A stretch of DNA of 64,000 nucleotides from Pseudomonadota bacterium (GTDB lineage: Bacteria > Pseudomonadota > Gammaproteobacteria > Acidiferrobacterales > UBA6901), in NCBI GenBank assembly GCA_027364845.1, contig DAHXOO010000002.1, positions 12,156 to 76,155 on the forward strand, given 5' to 3'. Positions 1 to 9,537 of the stretch are shown here, one piece after another. The position numbers and the translations under genes were made by a program. The notes under the pieces are model-generated. The model did not search any database. It saw only the letters and a list, made by a program, of their open reading frames with translations, and was not told the DNA's origin. Each line of letters opens with the position of its first letter. The stretch's first letter is position 1.

Positions 1-91
1 TGCGCGTGGCGGACAGGTGCGCATTCTTCCCTACGAAAGCGGCTGTTCGACGAGCAACATCATTGCGGCCATTCGCGGCGCCGAACGCTGA
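1..91 (+). CDS. hldE: 3' end of bifunctional heptose 7-phosphate kinase / heptose 1-phosphate adenylyltransferase (partial, start outside window)
   Basis: Frame 2 reads ...QVRILPYESGCSTSNIIAAIRGAER* (stop 89-91). This resembles the HldE/RfaE C-terminus (FEDGCSTTNII). It sits directly upstream of hldD-gmhA-gmhB. Confidence 0.6.
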   Translation, partial: ARGGQVRILPYESGCSTSNIIAAIRGAER

Positions 92-136
92 CGCGGACAA
101 CGTCACCTTGGACGGCTCAACAATGGGAAAACAACA

Positions 137-1084
137 GTGATCATAGTGACCGGCGGCGCCGGCTTCATCGGCGCAAACCTGATTGCAGCGCTCAATGCAC
201 GCGGGCGTCGCGACGTGCTCGTCGTGGACAACCTGAGCAACGGCGTCAAGTTTAGAAATCTCGCCGATTGCGAGATCCTCGACTATCAGGACAAGGAGGA
301 TTTCCTGCGAACAATCGTGGCGTCCGGCGACTTGGCCGAACCGGTCGAGGCAGTGTTTCATCTGGGCGCTTGTTCCAGCACCACCGAATGGGACGGGCGC
401 TACATGATGCGGAACAACTACGAGTACTCCAAGGTGCTGCTGCACTATTGCCTGGATAGACGAGTTCCGTTGATATATGCGTCTTCGGCCTCTGTCTATG
501 GTGGCGGCAAGATGTTTCGCGAGGACCGGGAATTGGAGTTCCCACTCAATGTTTATGGCTACTCCAAATTTCTTTTTGACCAATATGTACGACGTGTCAT
601 GCCGTCGGCGACAAGCCAGGTGGTCGGACTGCGCTATTTTAATGTCTACGGCCAGCGCGAGGAGCACAAGGGTTCCATGGCGAGCGTCGCCTATCATTTG
701 AATAGCCAGGTTCTCAACGATGGCCGGGTCAGGCTGTTCGAAGGAACGGATGGCTATGGCAATGGCGAACAGAGGCGGGATTTCATTTATGTCGGCGATA
801 CCTGCTCCGTCAAACTTTGGTTCCTGGATCACCCGGCCCGCTCCGGAATATTCAACGTCGGCACTGGGCGCAGCGAGAGTTTCAATGACGTGGCCCGGGC
901 GGTAATCGCCTGGCACGGACGCGGCGAGATCGAATACATCCCTTTTCCCGATCAGCTGCGCGGGCGCTATCAGAGCTTTACTCAGGCGGACATCGATGCA
1001 TTGCGTGCGGCCGGCTATCACGAACCGTTCAAAACGGTGGAGCAGGGAGTCCGGGAGTACATGCAATGGCTTAACAGGAAATGA
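137..1084 (+). CDS. hldD: ADP-L-glycero-D-manno-heptose 6-epimerase
   Basis: GTG start. N-terminal Rossmann motif [13 protein letters not shown]. Full-length 315 aa, typical of HldD/RfaD, in a heptose operon context. Confidence 0.93.
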   Translation: MIIVTGGAGFIGANLIAALNARGRRDVLVVDNLSNGVKFRNLADCEILDYQDKEDFLRTIVASGDLAEPVEAVFHLGACSSTTEWDGRYMMRNNYEYSKVLLHYCLDRRVPLIYASSASVYGGGKMFREDRELEFPLNVYGYSKFLFDQYVRRVMPSATSQVVGLRYFNVYGQREEHKGSMASVAYHLNSQVLNDGRVRLFEGTDGYGNGEQRRDFIYVGDTCSVKLWFLDHPARSGIFNVGTGRSESFNDVARAVIAWHGRGEIEYIPFPDQLRGRYQSFTQADIDALRAAGYHEPFKTVEQGVREYMQWLNRK

Positions 1085-1707
1085 CCGGGCCGAACGGCAC
1101 GACGAACCGAGATGCAACCATGACTTACCGAGACAAGTTATTTAGCAATCTGCAATCGTCAATCGCAGCGAAGCACGAATTCATGCAGCGTGAGGAGCAG
1201 ATCGAAAGCTTCTGCCGTGCGGTCGAAACGGTAGTGCGCGCATACCGCCATGGCGGTCGGTTGTACATCGCGGGCAACGGCGGATCGGCTGCGGATGCCC
1301 AGCATCTTGCTGCCGAATTTGTAGGACGATTCGGTACGCGTGAGCGTGCATCGCTGCCGGCCGAGGCACTGACAACTGACACTTCGACACTGACTGCAAT
1401 CGGGAATGACTACGGTTACGACGAGGTGTTTTCGCGCCAGATGGCTGGAAAAATGCGCAGCCCCGATGTGTTTTTGGGCATCACCACTTCCGGCAATTCG
1501 CGCAACATACTGCGGGCTCTCGAGCAGTGCCGCTCAATGGCTCTTTCCAGCATCGTATTCTGCGGACGCGGCGGCGGCCAGGCGCGAGCGCTGGCGGATC
1601 ACTGCATCGTCGCGGCTGGGCAAAGCACGAGCACCATACAGGAGCTTCACATAGTACTCGCACATTCTCTGTGCGAGTGCGTGGAAGAGGAAATCTTCGG
1701 CGGGTGA
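1081..1707 (+). CDS. gmhA: Phosphoheptose isomerase (SIS domain)
   Basis: SIS motif [23 protein letters not shown] overlap with the hldD stop. An alternative start at 1120 (MTYRDKLF) is possible. Confidence 0.88.
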   Translation: MTGPNGTTNRDATMTYRDKLFSNLQSSIAAKHEFMQREEQIESFCRAVETVVRAYRHGGRLYIAGNGGSAADAQHLAAEFVGRFGTRERASLPAEALTTDTSTLTAIGNDYGYDEVFSRQMAGKMRSPDVFLGITTSGNSRNILRALEQCRSMALSSIVFCGRGGGQARALADHCIVAAGQSTSTIQELHIVLAHSLCECVEEEIFGG

Positions 1708-1788
1708 GTGCCCCGGACTGGATGCACCGAGCGGCGACCAGCATGCCGGGCCGCATCGCCTGTTGGCCTGATCGTCGGTAGAACAAAC

Positions 1789-2340
1789 ATGCCCAGAAAC
1801 GCGGTTTTTCTTGACCGAGATGGAACAATCAACGTAGAGAAGAGCTACCTCCACCGTCTTGAGGACTGGGAATGGATACCCGGGGCAATCGACGCGATCC
1901 GCCGCCTCAACCGCGCCGGGTATTTGGTCATCGTCGTGACAAATCAGGCTGGGATTGCGCGCGGCATGTACGGAGAAGAGGAGGTCCGCAAACTCCATGG
2001 GCAGATCGACGCCATGCTTGCATCCCAGGGTGCACACATCGATGCCTACTATTACTGCCCCCACCATCCCGACTTCGGAGACCAAATTGCGTGCAATTGC
2101 CGCAAACCTGCACCAGGGATGATTCTGCAGGCCCGCGATGATTGGGTCATTGATCTGTCGCGCTCCTACATCGTCGGCGACAAGATCGCCGACATGGAGG
2201 CCGGCCTCGCCGTCGGGGTCATGCCCATCCTGGTCGCTACCGGCTACGGCGCCGAAACACGACTGACACTCCCTCCCGGCGTGCGCTGCGTCGCCGATGT
2301 GGGTGCTGCCACCCGACTGATACTGGGCACCGACGATTGA
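1789..2340 (+). CDS. gmhB: D-glycero-beta-D-manno-heptose 1,7-bisphosphate 7-phosphatase (HAD family)
   Basis: HAD motif I FLDRDGTIN follows the internal ATG at 1789. The Zn-site cysteines CPHHP...CNCRKP are present. The track ORF start at 1708 adds an implausible R/C-rich leader. Confidence 0.88.
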   Translation: MPRNAVFLDRDGTINVEKSYLHRLEDWEWIPGAIDAIRRLNRAGYLVIVVTNQAGIARGMYGEEEVRKLHGQIDAMLASQGAHIDAYYYCPHHPDFGDQIACNCRKPAPGMILQARDDWVIDLSRSYIVGDKIADMEAGLAVGVMPILVATGYGAETRLTLPPGVRCVADVGAATRLILGTDD

Positions 2341-2362
2341 GCCTCGGGCACGCCGCCAGCAA

Positions 2363-2812
2363 TCAGCCGCGAATGCAACCCGTGTTTTTGCGCGCGACTT
2401 TCTTCAGGCGCCTGTCCCAGTTTTTGAACTTCTTCCGGCAATATCTGAGCAGCGAGTCATAGCCGGGGAAGAACAGATCGAAGTCTTCGGCACCGGCGGG
2501 ACCTTCGAACTCGCAGCCGTCATTGGAATGTTCGCGGCAGATCTGCGGACGGTTTTCGTAGATCCCACAGCGCCCGTCGGGCAGGAGGTGGCCGCAGCGG
2601 TTATTGACCAGCAGAAACCAGCCGTCCTCGTCCTTGTAGGCCTGCGTGTTGTGGTGCGAAACCTGCCACAACAGGGTGTCGAAATCCTCCATGGACCGTG
2701 GAGTATCAAGATGCTGGGTGAGATAGGTGCAACAGGTGGAATTCGTACAGAAACCACACTTGTTTTCCGGCGTTATTTCGTCTTTGATTGGAACGGTGAT
2801 TGCCTTGTTCAT
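2363..2812 (-). CDS. YkgJ/UPF0153-type cysteine-cluster (putative Fe-S/Zn) protein
   Basis: Cys cluster CGFCTNSTCC plus downstream CGHLLPDGRCGIYENRPQICREH, as in the YkgJ family. The start is taken at the internal ATG (MNKAITVPIK). Confidence 0.7.
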   Translation of the reverse strand: MNKAITVPIKDEITPENKCGFCTNSTCCTYLTQHLDTPRSMEDFDTLLWQVSHHNTQAYKDEDGWFLLVNNRCGHLLPDGRCGIYENRPQICREHSNDGCEFEGPAGAEDFDLFFPGYDSLLRYCRKKFKNWDRRLKKVARKNTGCIRG

Positions 2813-2919
2813 GGGATCGTAGCGTGCCGGCAAAAATGCCAGTGTAACAAAAACCCGCGGCAGGTTCATCGGTAGTCGCGGTTCGGCAGTGATCCCAGCC
2901 AAGATAAAGGGATACTTGC

Positions 2920-3285
2920 GTGGCTAAAGAGCGTTACTTCGCGGCAACACTGCTTCTGACAATCATGCTCTCCGCCTGTGGTGGTGGGGGCGGGGGGAGC
3001 AATTCAACTCCCTCCACCACTCATGTCGTTTCGCTCTACTGGGCGGCAAACCACGAAAACGGTGTCAACAGCCTTGGCGGCGGCTACCAGGTTTTGGTCA
3101 ATGGCCAAACGGCGGCAACCGTACCGTATACCTCTGGCGCTCTGGCGCCAACCTCGACGATGATCTCACTAGCAACAGGCGTTTATACAGTGACGGTACG
3201 CGCCTATGCGGCGCTCGACGCGCAGGGCGGCGGCAGCGGCACATACAGCGCCGCCTCGCAACCCACTCTTGTCACCGTGCCGTAG
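2920..3285 (+). CDS. Small lipoprotein, beta-rich (Fn3-like) domain
   Basis: Canonical lipobox LSAC followed by a G6S linker. It lies 3-15 bp upstream of the S8 protease gene on the same strand. Confidence 0.6.
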   Translation: MAKERYFAATLLLTIMLSACGGGGGGSNSTPSTTHVVSLYWAANHENGVNSLGGGYQVLVNGQTAATVPYTSGALAPTSTMISLATGVYTVTVRAYAALDAQGGGSGTYSAASQPTLVTVP

Positions 3286-3300
3286 AAAGTGGGGGAAGTT

Positions 3301-5166
3301 ATGAATCTCAAGAAAACCTTGCGCCAGATTTGCGCCATGCTTTTTTTGGGCGGAATTTTTCTCGCTTTCTCCGGGTTTGTCAGCGCCGCAACGATTGCTC
3401 CATCGGCTCATTACGTGCCGGGCGAAGTGCTCGTGAAATTTAAGCCAGCAATGGCGGCACAGGACCGCGCGGCGGCCGTCACTACAATGGGAAACACAGT
3501 ACGCGCCGACGTCACGACCCACTGGGTCCGAGTCGCGCTCGGCGCCGACCAGACAGTGGCGCAGGCGGTGTCGGCCTACAAAAGCGATCCAGACGTTGAA
3601 TATGCACAGCCGAACTATATATATCATGCCGTTGCGGTGCCGAATGATCCACAATTCGGGAGCCTCTGGGCATTCAAGAACACCGGCCAGGCAGTGACTT
3701 CCATTACCCAGGGCGAGGGCGGGATTTATTCCCCCAACCAGGGTACACCTGGCGATGACATGGACATCGAACCTGCCTGGAGCCATATCACGGACTGCAG
3801 CAGCGTGGTTGTCGCCGTGATCGACACCGGGGTCAACTACAACCAGGAAGATCTCGCCGCCAATATGTGGAACGGCTCGGGCGTGTCTTACAACGGCGTC
3901 AGCCTCGTCAACCACGGCTACAACTTCGTCGACAACAATAACGACCCGATGGATCTCAACGGTCACGGTACCCATGTCGCCGGCATCATCGGCGCCGCGG
4001 GAAACAACAACAAGGGCACCACCGGTGTATGCTGGAAAGCGAACATCATGGCTGTGCGTGTCCTCGATGCCGCTGGCAGCGGAACGACCGCAAACATCGT
4101 CCAGGGTGTCGATTTTGCGGTGGCCAACGGCGCCAAGGTGATCAATATGAGCCTGGGTGGCGCCGGCCCGTTTGACCAGCTTTTCAATGACGCCATCGCG
4201 AATGCCCAAAATAGCGACGTCGTGGTGGTAGTCGCGGCAGGAAACGACGACGTCAACAATGATACAAGCGGCAACGCGCACTATCCTTGCGACTTTTCCC
4301 AGCCGAACCTGATCTGCGTTGCGGCGCTCGACCAGAACTTTGCGCTTGCCAGGTTCTCGGACTGGGGGCCTATCAGCGTCGATGTGGGGGCGCCGGGCAC
4401 CAACATCCTGAGCACCTACGCGGGCAGCAACGCCCAGATTTCCGACTCGTTTTCGAGCGGCTGGACGGAAACGAAAACCACTGGCAGTGGGTGGACGGTC
4501 GGCGCCGTCGGCACGCCCCCGGTACCCGCGCTGCTGGATCCGTCAAGCTGGTCATCCGGCACGTATGCGCTCAATACCGACGATCGTGCCTACAAGACCT
4601 TCTCACCCTTTAGTGGGGTGAACTCCGTCGTCCTCAACGCAAGTCTTTATGCCAATGTGACCCAAGATGGCAGCATCGCCTTGGCCTACAGCACGAGCGG
4701 GGGCGACCCATTCTCATTGTCCCCCCCGAATTACCTGTGGGGCCCCTATTACACCGATACGACGCCGACTCCGCCCTCCACATCCAGCCTCGTTTCGGTC
4801 AGCGCAGATATTTCCAGCTGCATTTCGGCCAGCTGCACGGTCGGCATCCAGATGGTCACCGGCTCCACGGCCGATTACGGCGCAGCGTTTTACAACCTCA
4901 ATTTCCAGACCCTGGCGCTCAACACCAACAGTTACAACACGCTGAATGGCACGTCTATGGCAACGCCGGAGGTTGCCGGGCTCGCCGCGATGCTGCGCGC
5001 CTACAACCCCCAGGACACATTCGCTGATGTAGTGAATGCCATCAAGAATGGCGGCAGGACGGTACCAAGCCTCGTCGGGACGACATCCACCGGCAACGCA
5101 ATTGACGTCATGAAGTCACTCGCTTACATCAACACGCCGACCGGGCTCAGTGTCACGGTCCATTGA
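3301..5166 (+). CDS. Secreted subtilisin-like serine protease (peptidase S8) with N-terminal I9-type propeptide and a large insertion before the catalytic Ser
   Basis: Signal peptide ending VSA|A. Propeptide region VPGEVLVKFKP...VEYAQPNYIYHA. Catalytic motifs VAVIDTGV (Asp), HGTHVAGI (His) and GTSMATPEVAG (Ser). GGGGGA sits upstream of ATG 3301, and GTG 3289 is an alternative start. Confidence 0.9.
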   Translation: MNLKKTLRQICAMLFLGGIFLAFSGFVSAATIAPSAHYVPGEVLVKFKPAMAAQDRAAAVTTMGNTVRADVTTHWVRVALGADQTVAQAVSAYKSDPDVEYAQPNYIYHAVAVPNDPQFGSLWAFKNTGQAVTSITQGEGGIYSPNQGTPGDDMDIEPAWSHITDCSSVVVAVIDTGVNYNQEDLAANMWNGSGVSYNGVSLVNHGYNFVDNNNDPMDLNGHGTHVAGIIGAAGNNNKGTTGVCWKANIMAVRVLDAAGSGTTANIVQGVDFAVANGAKVINMSLGGAGPFDQLFNDAIANAQNSDVVVVVAAGNDDVNNDTSGNAHYPCDFSQPNLICVAALDQNFALARFSDWGPISVDVGAPGTNILSTYAGSNAQISDSFSSGWTETKTTGSGWTVGAVGTPPVPALLDPSSWSSGTYALNTDDRAYKTFSPFSGVNSVVLNASLYANVTQDGSIALAYSTSGGDPFSLSPPNYLWGPYYTDTTPTPPSTSSLVSVSADISSCISASCTVGIQMVTGSTADYGAAFYNLNFQTLALNTNSYNTLNGTSMATPEVAGLAAMLRAYNPQDTFADVVNAIKNGGRTVPSLVGTTSTGNAIDVMKSLAYINTPTGLSVTVH

Positions 5167-5175
5167 GGAAATCGC

Positions 5176-5547
5176 ATGTCCATCAGTCGGCCGCGCTGGA
5201 TACCAGTGGCCCTAGTGTTCACCGTTGTCGGCAGTGCACCTGCATGTAGCCAGACATCAATGAATCCGCAGTTGGTGCCTACGAAGGTTGCGCCTAACCC
5301 GATGAGGGCGCCTGGCGAATATCTAGTCACTCTCGCGCCGGGAACCGACATCGAGGTCCTTGCCGACCTCTACGGCCGTTTCAAAATCAAGCGCATCCGC
5401 ACACTCGGCGCCAATGTCTATCTGATGACTATCGAAGACGATCCGGGCCCGGTGATAATGGAGAAGCTGCGCTTGCGCGACCTGCAAATCAGAGCGGTAC
5501 AACCGAACTTCGTGTATAGGGCTACCCCGTCGCCAAAGGCACAATAG
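5176..5547 (+). CDS. Secreted stand-alone subtilase-propeptide-like (inhibitor I9-like) protein
   Basis: Signal peptide with an APA|C cleavage-type site. The mature part, APGEYLVTLAPG...IRAVQPNFVYRA, parallels the propeptide of the upstream S8 enzyme. A GAGGA RBS is present and the gene starts 9 bp after the S8 stop. Confidence 0.6.
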   Translation: MSISRPRWIPVALVFTVVGSAPACSQTSMNPQLVPTKVAPNPMRAPGEYLVTLAPGTDIEVLADLYGRFKIKRIRTLGANVYLMTIEDDPGPVIMEKLRLRDLQIRAVQPNFVYRATPSPKAQ

Positions 5548-5725
5548 TCCGCGAAACACCGTGCGGCGATCGGCTTGCCCGCCAATTGCCCAGCCCGTAA
5601 CAGGCAGCTGGGGCGGGAACTGCGGCACCGGTCACGATGGGTCGACCCTGCTGCGCGCCAGAACAGGCGGGACAGCGGTGCAATGTGGATTACAATATGT
5701 CCGGCAAACAGTCTGGAGCACAAAC

Positions 5726-6571
5726 GTGAGACTCAGCAGCAAAGAATTCAGGGCCTGGGACAACAAGTGTGTGACCCTGCTGGGGATGTCCGGGGTGGGA
5801 AAGACGCGCCTGGCGAACGCGCTGCGCAAGCGCAACTGGTTCCATTACTCGGCCGACTACCGCATTGGTACGCGCTATCTGGATGAGCCGATACTGGATA
5901 ACATAAAAAGTCAGGCGATGCAGATCCCGTTTCTGCGCGATCTGCTTCGATCGGATTCCATACACATCAGCAACAACATTACTGTCGACAACCTCAAACC
6001 GGTGTCAAGCTTCCTTGGAAAACTCGGTAACCCGGAGCTCGGCGGATTGGATCTCAGGGAGTTCAAACGCCGCCAGGCACTGCACCTGCACGCAGAAATC
6101 GCCGCAATGAAGGATGTGCCAGAGTTCATCCGAAAAGCCCGGGAAATCTATGGCTATCGGCACTTCGTCAATGACGCCGGCGGCAGCGTGTGTGAACTCG
6201 ACGATGCGGACGCGATCAGGACACTGGCTGAACATACCCTGATCGTGTATATCAAGGCTACCGAACGCGACGAGCAGGAACTGATCAGGCGGGCGGAGGA
6301 GGACCCGAAACCTCTGTACTACCGCGAGGCATTCCTGGACGAACAACTCGCCATCTACATGCGCGACCATGGGCTGTCGTATGTGGCGCTTATTGATCCA
6401 GACCAGTTCGTGCGCTGGATGTTCCCGCGGCTTTTCTATGCGCGCATACCGCGCTACGAGGCCATTGCTTCCGAATACAGCTACACCGTCACGACCGAAG
6501 AACTGGCACAGGTCCGGGACGAATCCGGTTTCCTGCGGCTGTTGGAAAAGGCCGTGGAAAGGCAGCCCTGA
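5726..6571 (+). CDS. Uncharacterised P-loop NTPase (kinase-like Walker A)
   Basis: Walker A LLGMSGVGKTRLA close to the N-terminus. GTG 5726 is preceded by GGAG. The track ORF start at 5561 adds an R/G-rich leader. Only 51 bp separate it from metA. Confidence 0.65.
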   Translation: MRLSSKEFRAWDNKCVTLLGMSGVGKTRLANALRKRNWFHYSADYRIGTRYLDEPILDNIKSQAMQIPFLRDLLRSDSIHISNNITVDNLKPVSSFLGKLGNPELGGLDLREFKRRQALHLHAEIAAMKDVPEFIRKAREIYGYRHFVNDAGGSVCELDDADAIRTLAEHTLIVYIKATERDEQELIRRAEEDPKPLYYREAFLDEQLAIYMRDHGLSYVALIDPDQFVRWMFPRLFYARIPRYEAIASEYSYTVTTEELAQVRDESGFLRLLEKAVERQP

Positions 6572-6622
6572 CGGAATTGTGGAATATAATAGACACAACA
6601 TCTTCCGCCGGAACCACTCATC

Positions 6623-7693
6623 ATGCCGCTAGTTGCCAGCACGAATCTTCCCACTTTTGACCGCCTGAAACAGGAAGGGGAAAACGTGGTGCCGCGCGAC
6701 GTCGCGCTGCGCCAAGATATCCGTGAACTGCATATCGGCCTGCTTAACATGATGCCGGATACGGCACTGGCGGCAACCGAACGTCAGTTTTTCCGGCTCG
6801 TCGGGGAAAGCAACCAGATAGCCCAGTTCTACATGCACCCATTTACGCTCAGGGAGCTCAGACGCGGACCGGAGGGCTCCGCCCATATCGAGCGCTATTA
6901 CGAGAGTTTCGAGCAGATCAGGCGCGACGGCCTCGATGCGCTGATCATCACCGGCGCCAACGTAACCCAGCCGGACTTGTCGCGCGAGCCGTTCTGGACG
7001 CCGCTCATCGATGTGATCGACTGGGCCTACGAGAACGTGGCCTCCACGCTCTGCTCTTGTCTTGCTACCCATGCGGTGCTCCAGTTCCGCTATGGTCAGA
7101 AACGCCGGCCGCTCGGCTTCAAGCGCTGGGGCGTTTATTCCCATCGTGTCGTCGACCGGCGCCATCCGCTGGTGTCGGACGTGAATACCCGCTTTGATGT
7201 TCCACACTCACGATTTAACGACGTCAGTCGTGAACAATTCGAGGCGGCACGGCTGCACGTGTTGGCAGAAGGTGAAGTGCCGGGCGTGCACCTGGCAGTG
7301 AGCGAAGACTTGTTTCGCATTGTCTTCTTCCAAGGCCACCCGGAATACGACACGATAAGCTTACTCAAGGAGTACAAACGCGAGCTGATCCGCTTCGTCA
7401 AGGGCGAGTGCGACGACTACCCGCCGCTCCCCGACGATTATTTCACCCCCCGGACCCAAGCAATCCTCTACGAACACAAAGAGCGGGTCACGGCTGCACA
7501 CACCCGCGGTGAGCCGGTTCCGGACCTCCCGGAGTCGCTGATCACCAAGAATTTGGACAACACATGGCACGACACCGGTGAAGCGGTGATCAACAACTGG
7601 ATGGGTAAGGTCTACCAAGTCACCAACAATAACCGCAGGCTGCAATTCATGGAAGGGATCGATCCGGACGATCCGCTCGGGCTGCGTGAGTAG
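6623..7693 (+). CDS. metA: Homoserine O-acyltransferase, MetA family
   Basis: N-terminus MPLVASTNLPTFDRLKQEGENV and HIGLLNMMPD match the MetA (HTS) family. The conserved ...FQGHPEYD motif is also present. Confidence 0.9.
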   Translation: MPLVASTNLPTFDRLKQEGENVVPRDVALRQDIRELHIGLLNMMPDTALAATERQFFRLVGESNQIAQFYMHPFTLRELRRGPEGSAHIERYYESFEQIRRDGLDALIITGANVTQPDLSREPFWTPLIDVIDWAYENVASTLCSCLATHAVLQFRYGQKRRPLGFKRWGVYSHRVVDRRHPLVSDVNTRFDVPHSRFNDVSREQFEAARLHVLAEGEVPGVHLAVSEDLFRIVFFQGHPEYDTISLLKEYKRELIRFVKGECDDYPPLPDDYFTPRTQAILYEHKERVTAAHTRGEPVPDLPESLITKNLDNTWHDTGEAVINNWMGKVYQVTNNNRRLQFMEGIDPDDPLGLRE

Positions 7694-7752
7694 CCATCCC
7701 GGCACGTGGCACCGACCGAATCGCGCGGCGAACCGCCAACCAGGATTGGGCT

Positions 7753-9537
7753 TCAGCTTGCCGCTCGATCCACGTTGATCTGGAGCCATAATTCGAGGAA
7801 CGCCAGGTGTCGCAGCGGCGCGCCTCCGATAGGTGTAAATCTCGCCTCAGGTGCAGCCAGCAGGCTTTCCACATAGACACGATCGAACAGGCCGCGTTTG
7901 CGACACGCTGCAGAGTCCAGAATGTCGCGCATGAAAGCGAGGAACCCGCCGCGCAGGCTCGTGAGCGCCGGCATCGGGAAATATCCCTTGGGCCGGTCAA
8001 TCACGACATCTGGAATCAGGCCGCGGGCGACCGCTTTGAGCGGGAATTTTCCACCGTTCTGAAGTTTGAACTCTGGTGGCATCTGCGCCGCGAGCTCAAC
8101 GAGCTCGTGATCGAGCAGTGGTACGCGCGCCTCTAGTCCCCAGGCCATGGTGAGGTTGTCCACGCGTTTGAGTGGGTCGTCCACTAAGAGGGTCGTCACA
8201 TCCAGGCGCAGTACCCGGTCGAGAAACAGCTGCGCCCCAGGCTCCGCCAAGCGCGCGCCGATGAACGCCGAACTGTAGTCGGCGCCGAGGTAAGCCGGCG
8301 CGACCACGGCACCGAAATCCGCATGGCTGCGGTCAAAGTAATGCGTGCGAAAGCGCTCCAGGTCGCTGCCGGACTCGGCCTGCATGCGAGGGTACCAATA
8401 GTACCCGGCAAAGGCTTCGTCGGCTCCCTGGCCACTGAGGACCACTTTCACGTCCCGCGCCACGCGTTCAGCCAGTAGGTAGAACGCTGCCACATCCTGG
8501 CTTACCATAGGTTCGGCCATGGCACCGATCGTATCGGGCAGTGCCGTCAGCAGCTCATCGTTGGTCAGAAGGTAGCGGTGGTGGTGGGTTCGAAAACGGC
8601 TCGCTACTGCATCGGAGTACTCGAACTCGTCGGCGCGTTCGCCGCCGGACTCCTCGAAGCCGATCGAAAAGGTCGGTATATCCTTCGCCCCGGCGGCATC
8701 CAGCAGACCTACGAGCAGACTGGAATCGAGGCCACCGGAAAGCAATACCCCCACGGGAGTATCGGCCGCCCCGTACTGGCGCTCCACCGCACGGGTGAGC
8801 GCCGCGCGGGTGAGCGCGATCCACTCGGCTTCGCTGCGTTCCACCGGCGGTCGTACAGCACGCAGTTCCCAGTAACGGCGCTCGTGCTGCCGGCCGTCAG
8901 CGGTGATCCGCAGGGTCGTGGCCGGCGCCAGCTTGCGGAGTCCGCGCAAGATGGTGTGCGGCGCCGGCACAACACCGTGGAGCGTCAGCTGGAAGTGGAG
9001 CGCAACCGGATCGCCGGCAGTGTCGACTCCACCGGCCGCGAGCAGGGCCTGGGTATTGGAAGCGAAACGAAAGCGGGATCGGTACGCAGTATAGTAGAGC
9101 GGCTTGATTCCCAGACGGTCCCGTGCGAGCAACAGTTCGCGGTTATGGGCATCCCAGACCACGAACGCAAACATGCCGTTCATTCGCTCGACACAACGCT
9201 CACCCCAGGCGTGGTACGCCTTCAGTATCACCTCGGTGTCGCCACTCGAGAAAAAGCGATACCCGAGGCCGATGAGCTCGGAACGCAGCTCGCGATAGTT
9301 GTATATGGTTCCGTTGAATACCAGGCAGAGTTTGAGTTCGCTGTCGACCATCGGCTGATCGGAACCTTCCGACAGGTCGATGATCGCAAGCCGCCGATGG
9401 CCGAAGGCGACTGGTCCGTCGGCGTGCGCGCCCTCATGATCCGGCCCGCGGCGCTTGAGTGCACCCATCATGCGCGCCACCGCACCGAGGTCCGGGTCGG
9501 TCCCGTCGAACTTTATTTCTCCGCAGATTCCACACAT
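7753..9537 (-). CDS. asnB: Asparagine synthase (glutamine-hydrolysing) family amidotransferase (AsnB/AsnO-like)
   Basis: N-terminal nucleophile MCGICGE, taken as the start. PP-loop SGGLDSS. Length about 594 aa. Confidence 0.88.
   Translation of the reverse strand: MCGICGEIKFDGTDPDLGAVARMMGALKRRGPDHEGAHADGPVAFGHRRLAIIDLSEGSDQPMVDSELKLCLVFNGTIYNYRELRSELIGLGYRFFSSGDTEVILKAYHAWGERCVERMNGMFAFVVWDAHNRELLLARDRLGIKPLYYTAYRSRFRFASNTQALLAAGGVDTAGDPVALHFQLTLHGVVPAPHTILRGLRKLAPATTLRITADGRQHERRYWELRAVRPPVERSEAEWIALTRAALTRAVERQYGAADTPVGVLLSGGLDSSLLVGLLDAAGAKDIPTFSIGFEESGGERADEFEYSDAVASRFRTHHHRYLLTNDELLTALPDTIGAMAEPMVSQDVAAFYLLAERVARDVKVVLSGQGADEAFAGYYWYPRMQAESGSDLERFRTHYFDRSHADFGAVVAPAYLGADYSSAFIGARLAEPGAQLFLDRVLRLDVTTLLVDDPLKRVDNLTMAWGLEARVPLLDHELVELAAQMPPEFKLQNGGKFPLKAVARGLIPDVVIDRPKGYFPMPALTSLRGGFLAFMRDILDSAACRKRGLFDRVYVESLLAAPEARFTPIGGAPLRHLAFLELWLQINVDRAAS

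Noticed and set aside
5548-5725. Looked for a SAM-type riboswitch upstream of the NTPase-metA pair and in the 51-bp gap before metA.
   Set aside because: I found no recognisable SAM-I, SAM-II or SAM/SAH conserved core, and the 51-bp gap is too short for one.
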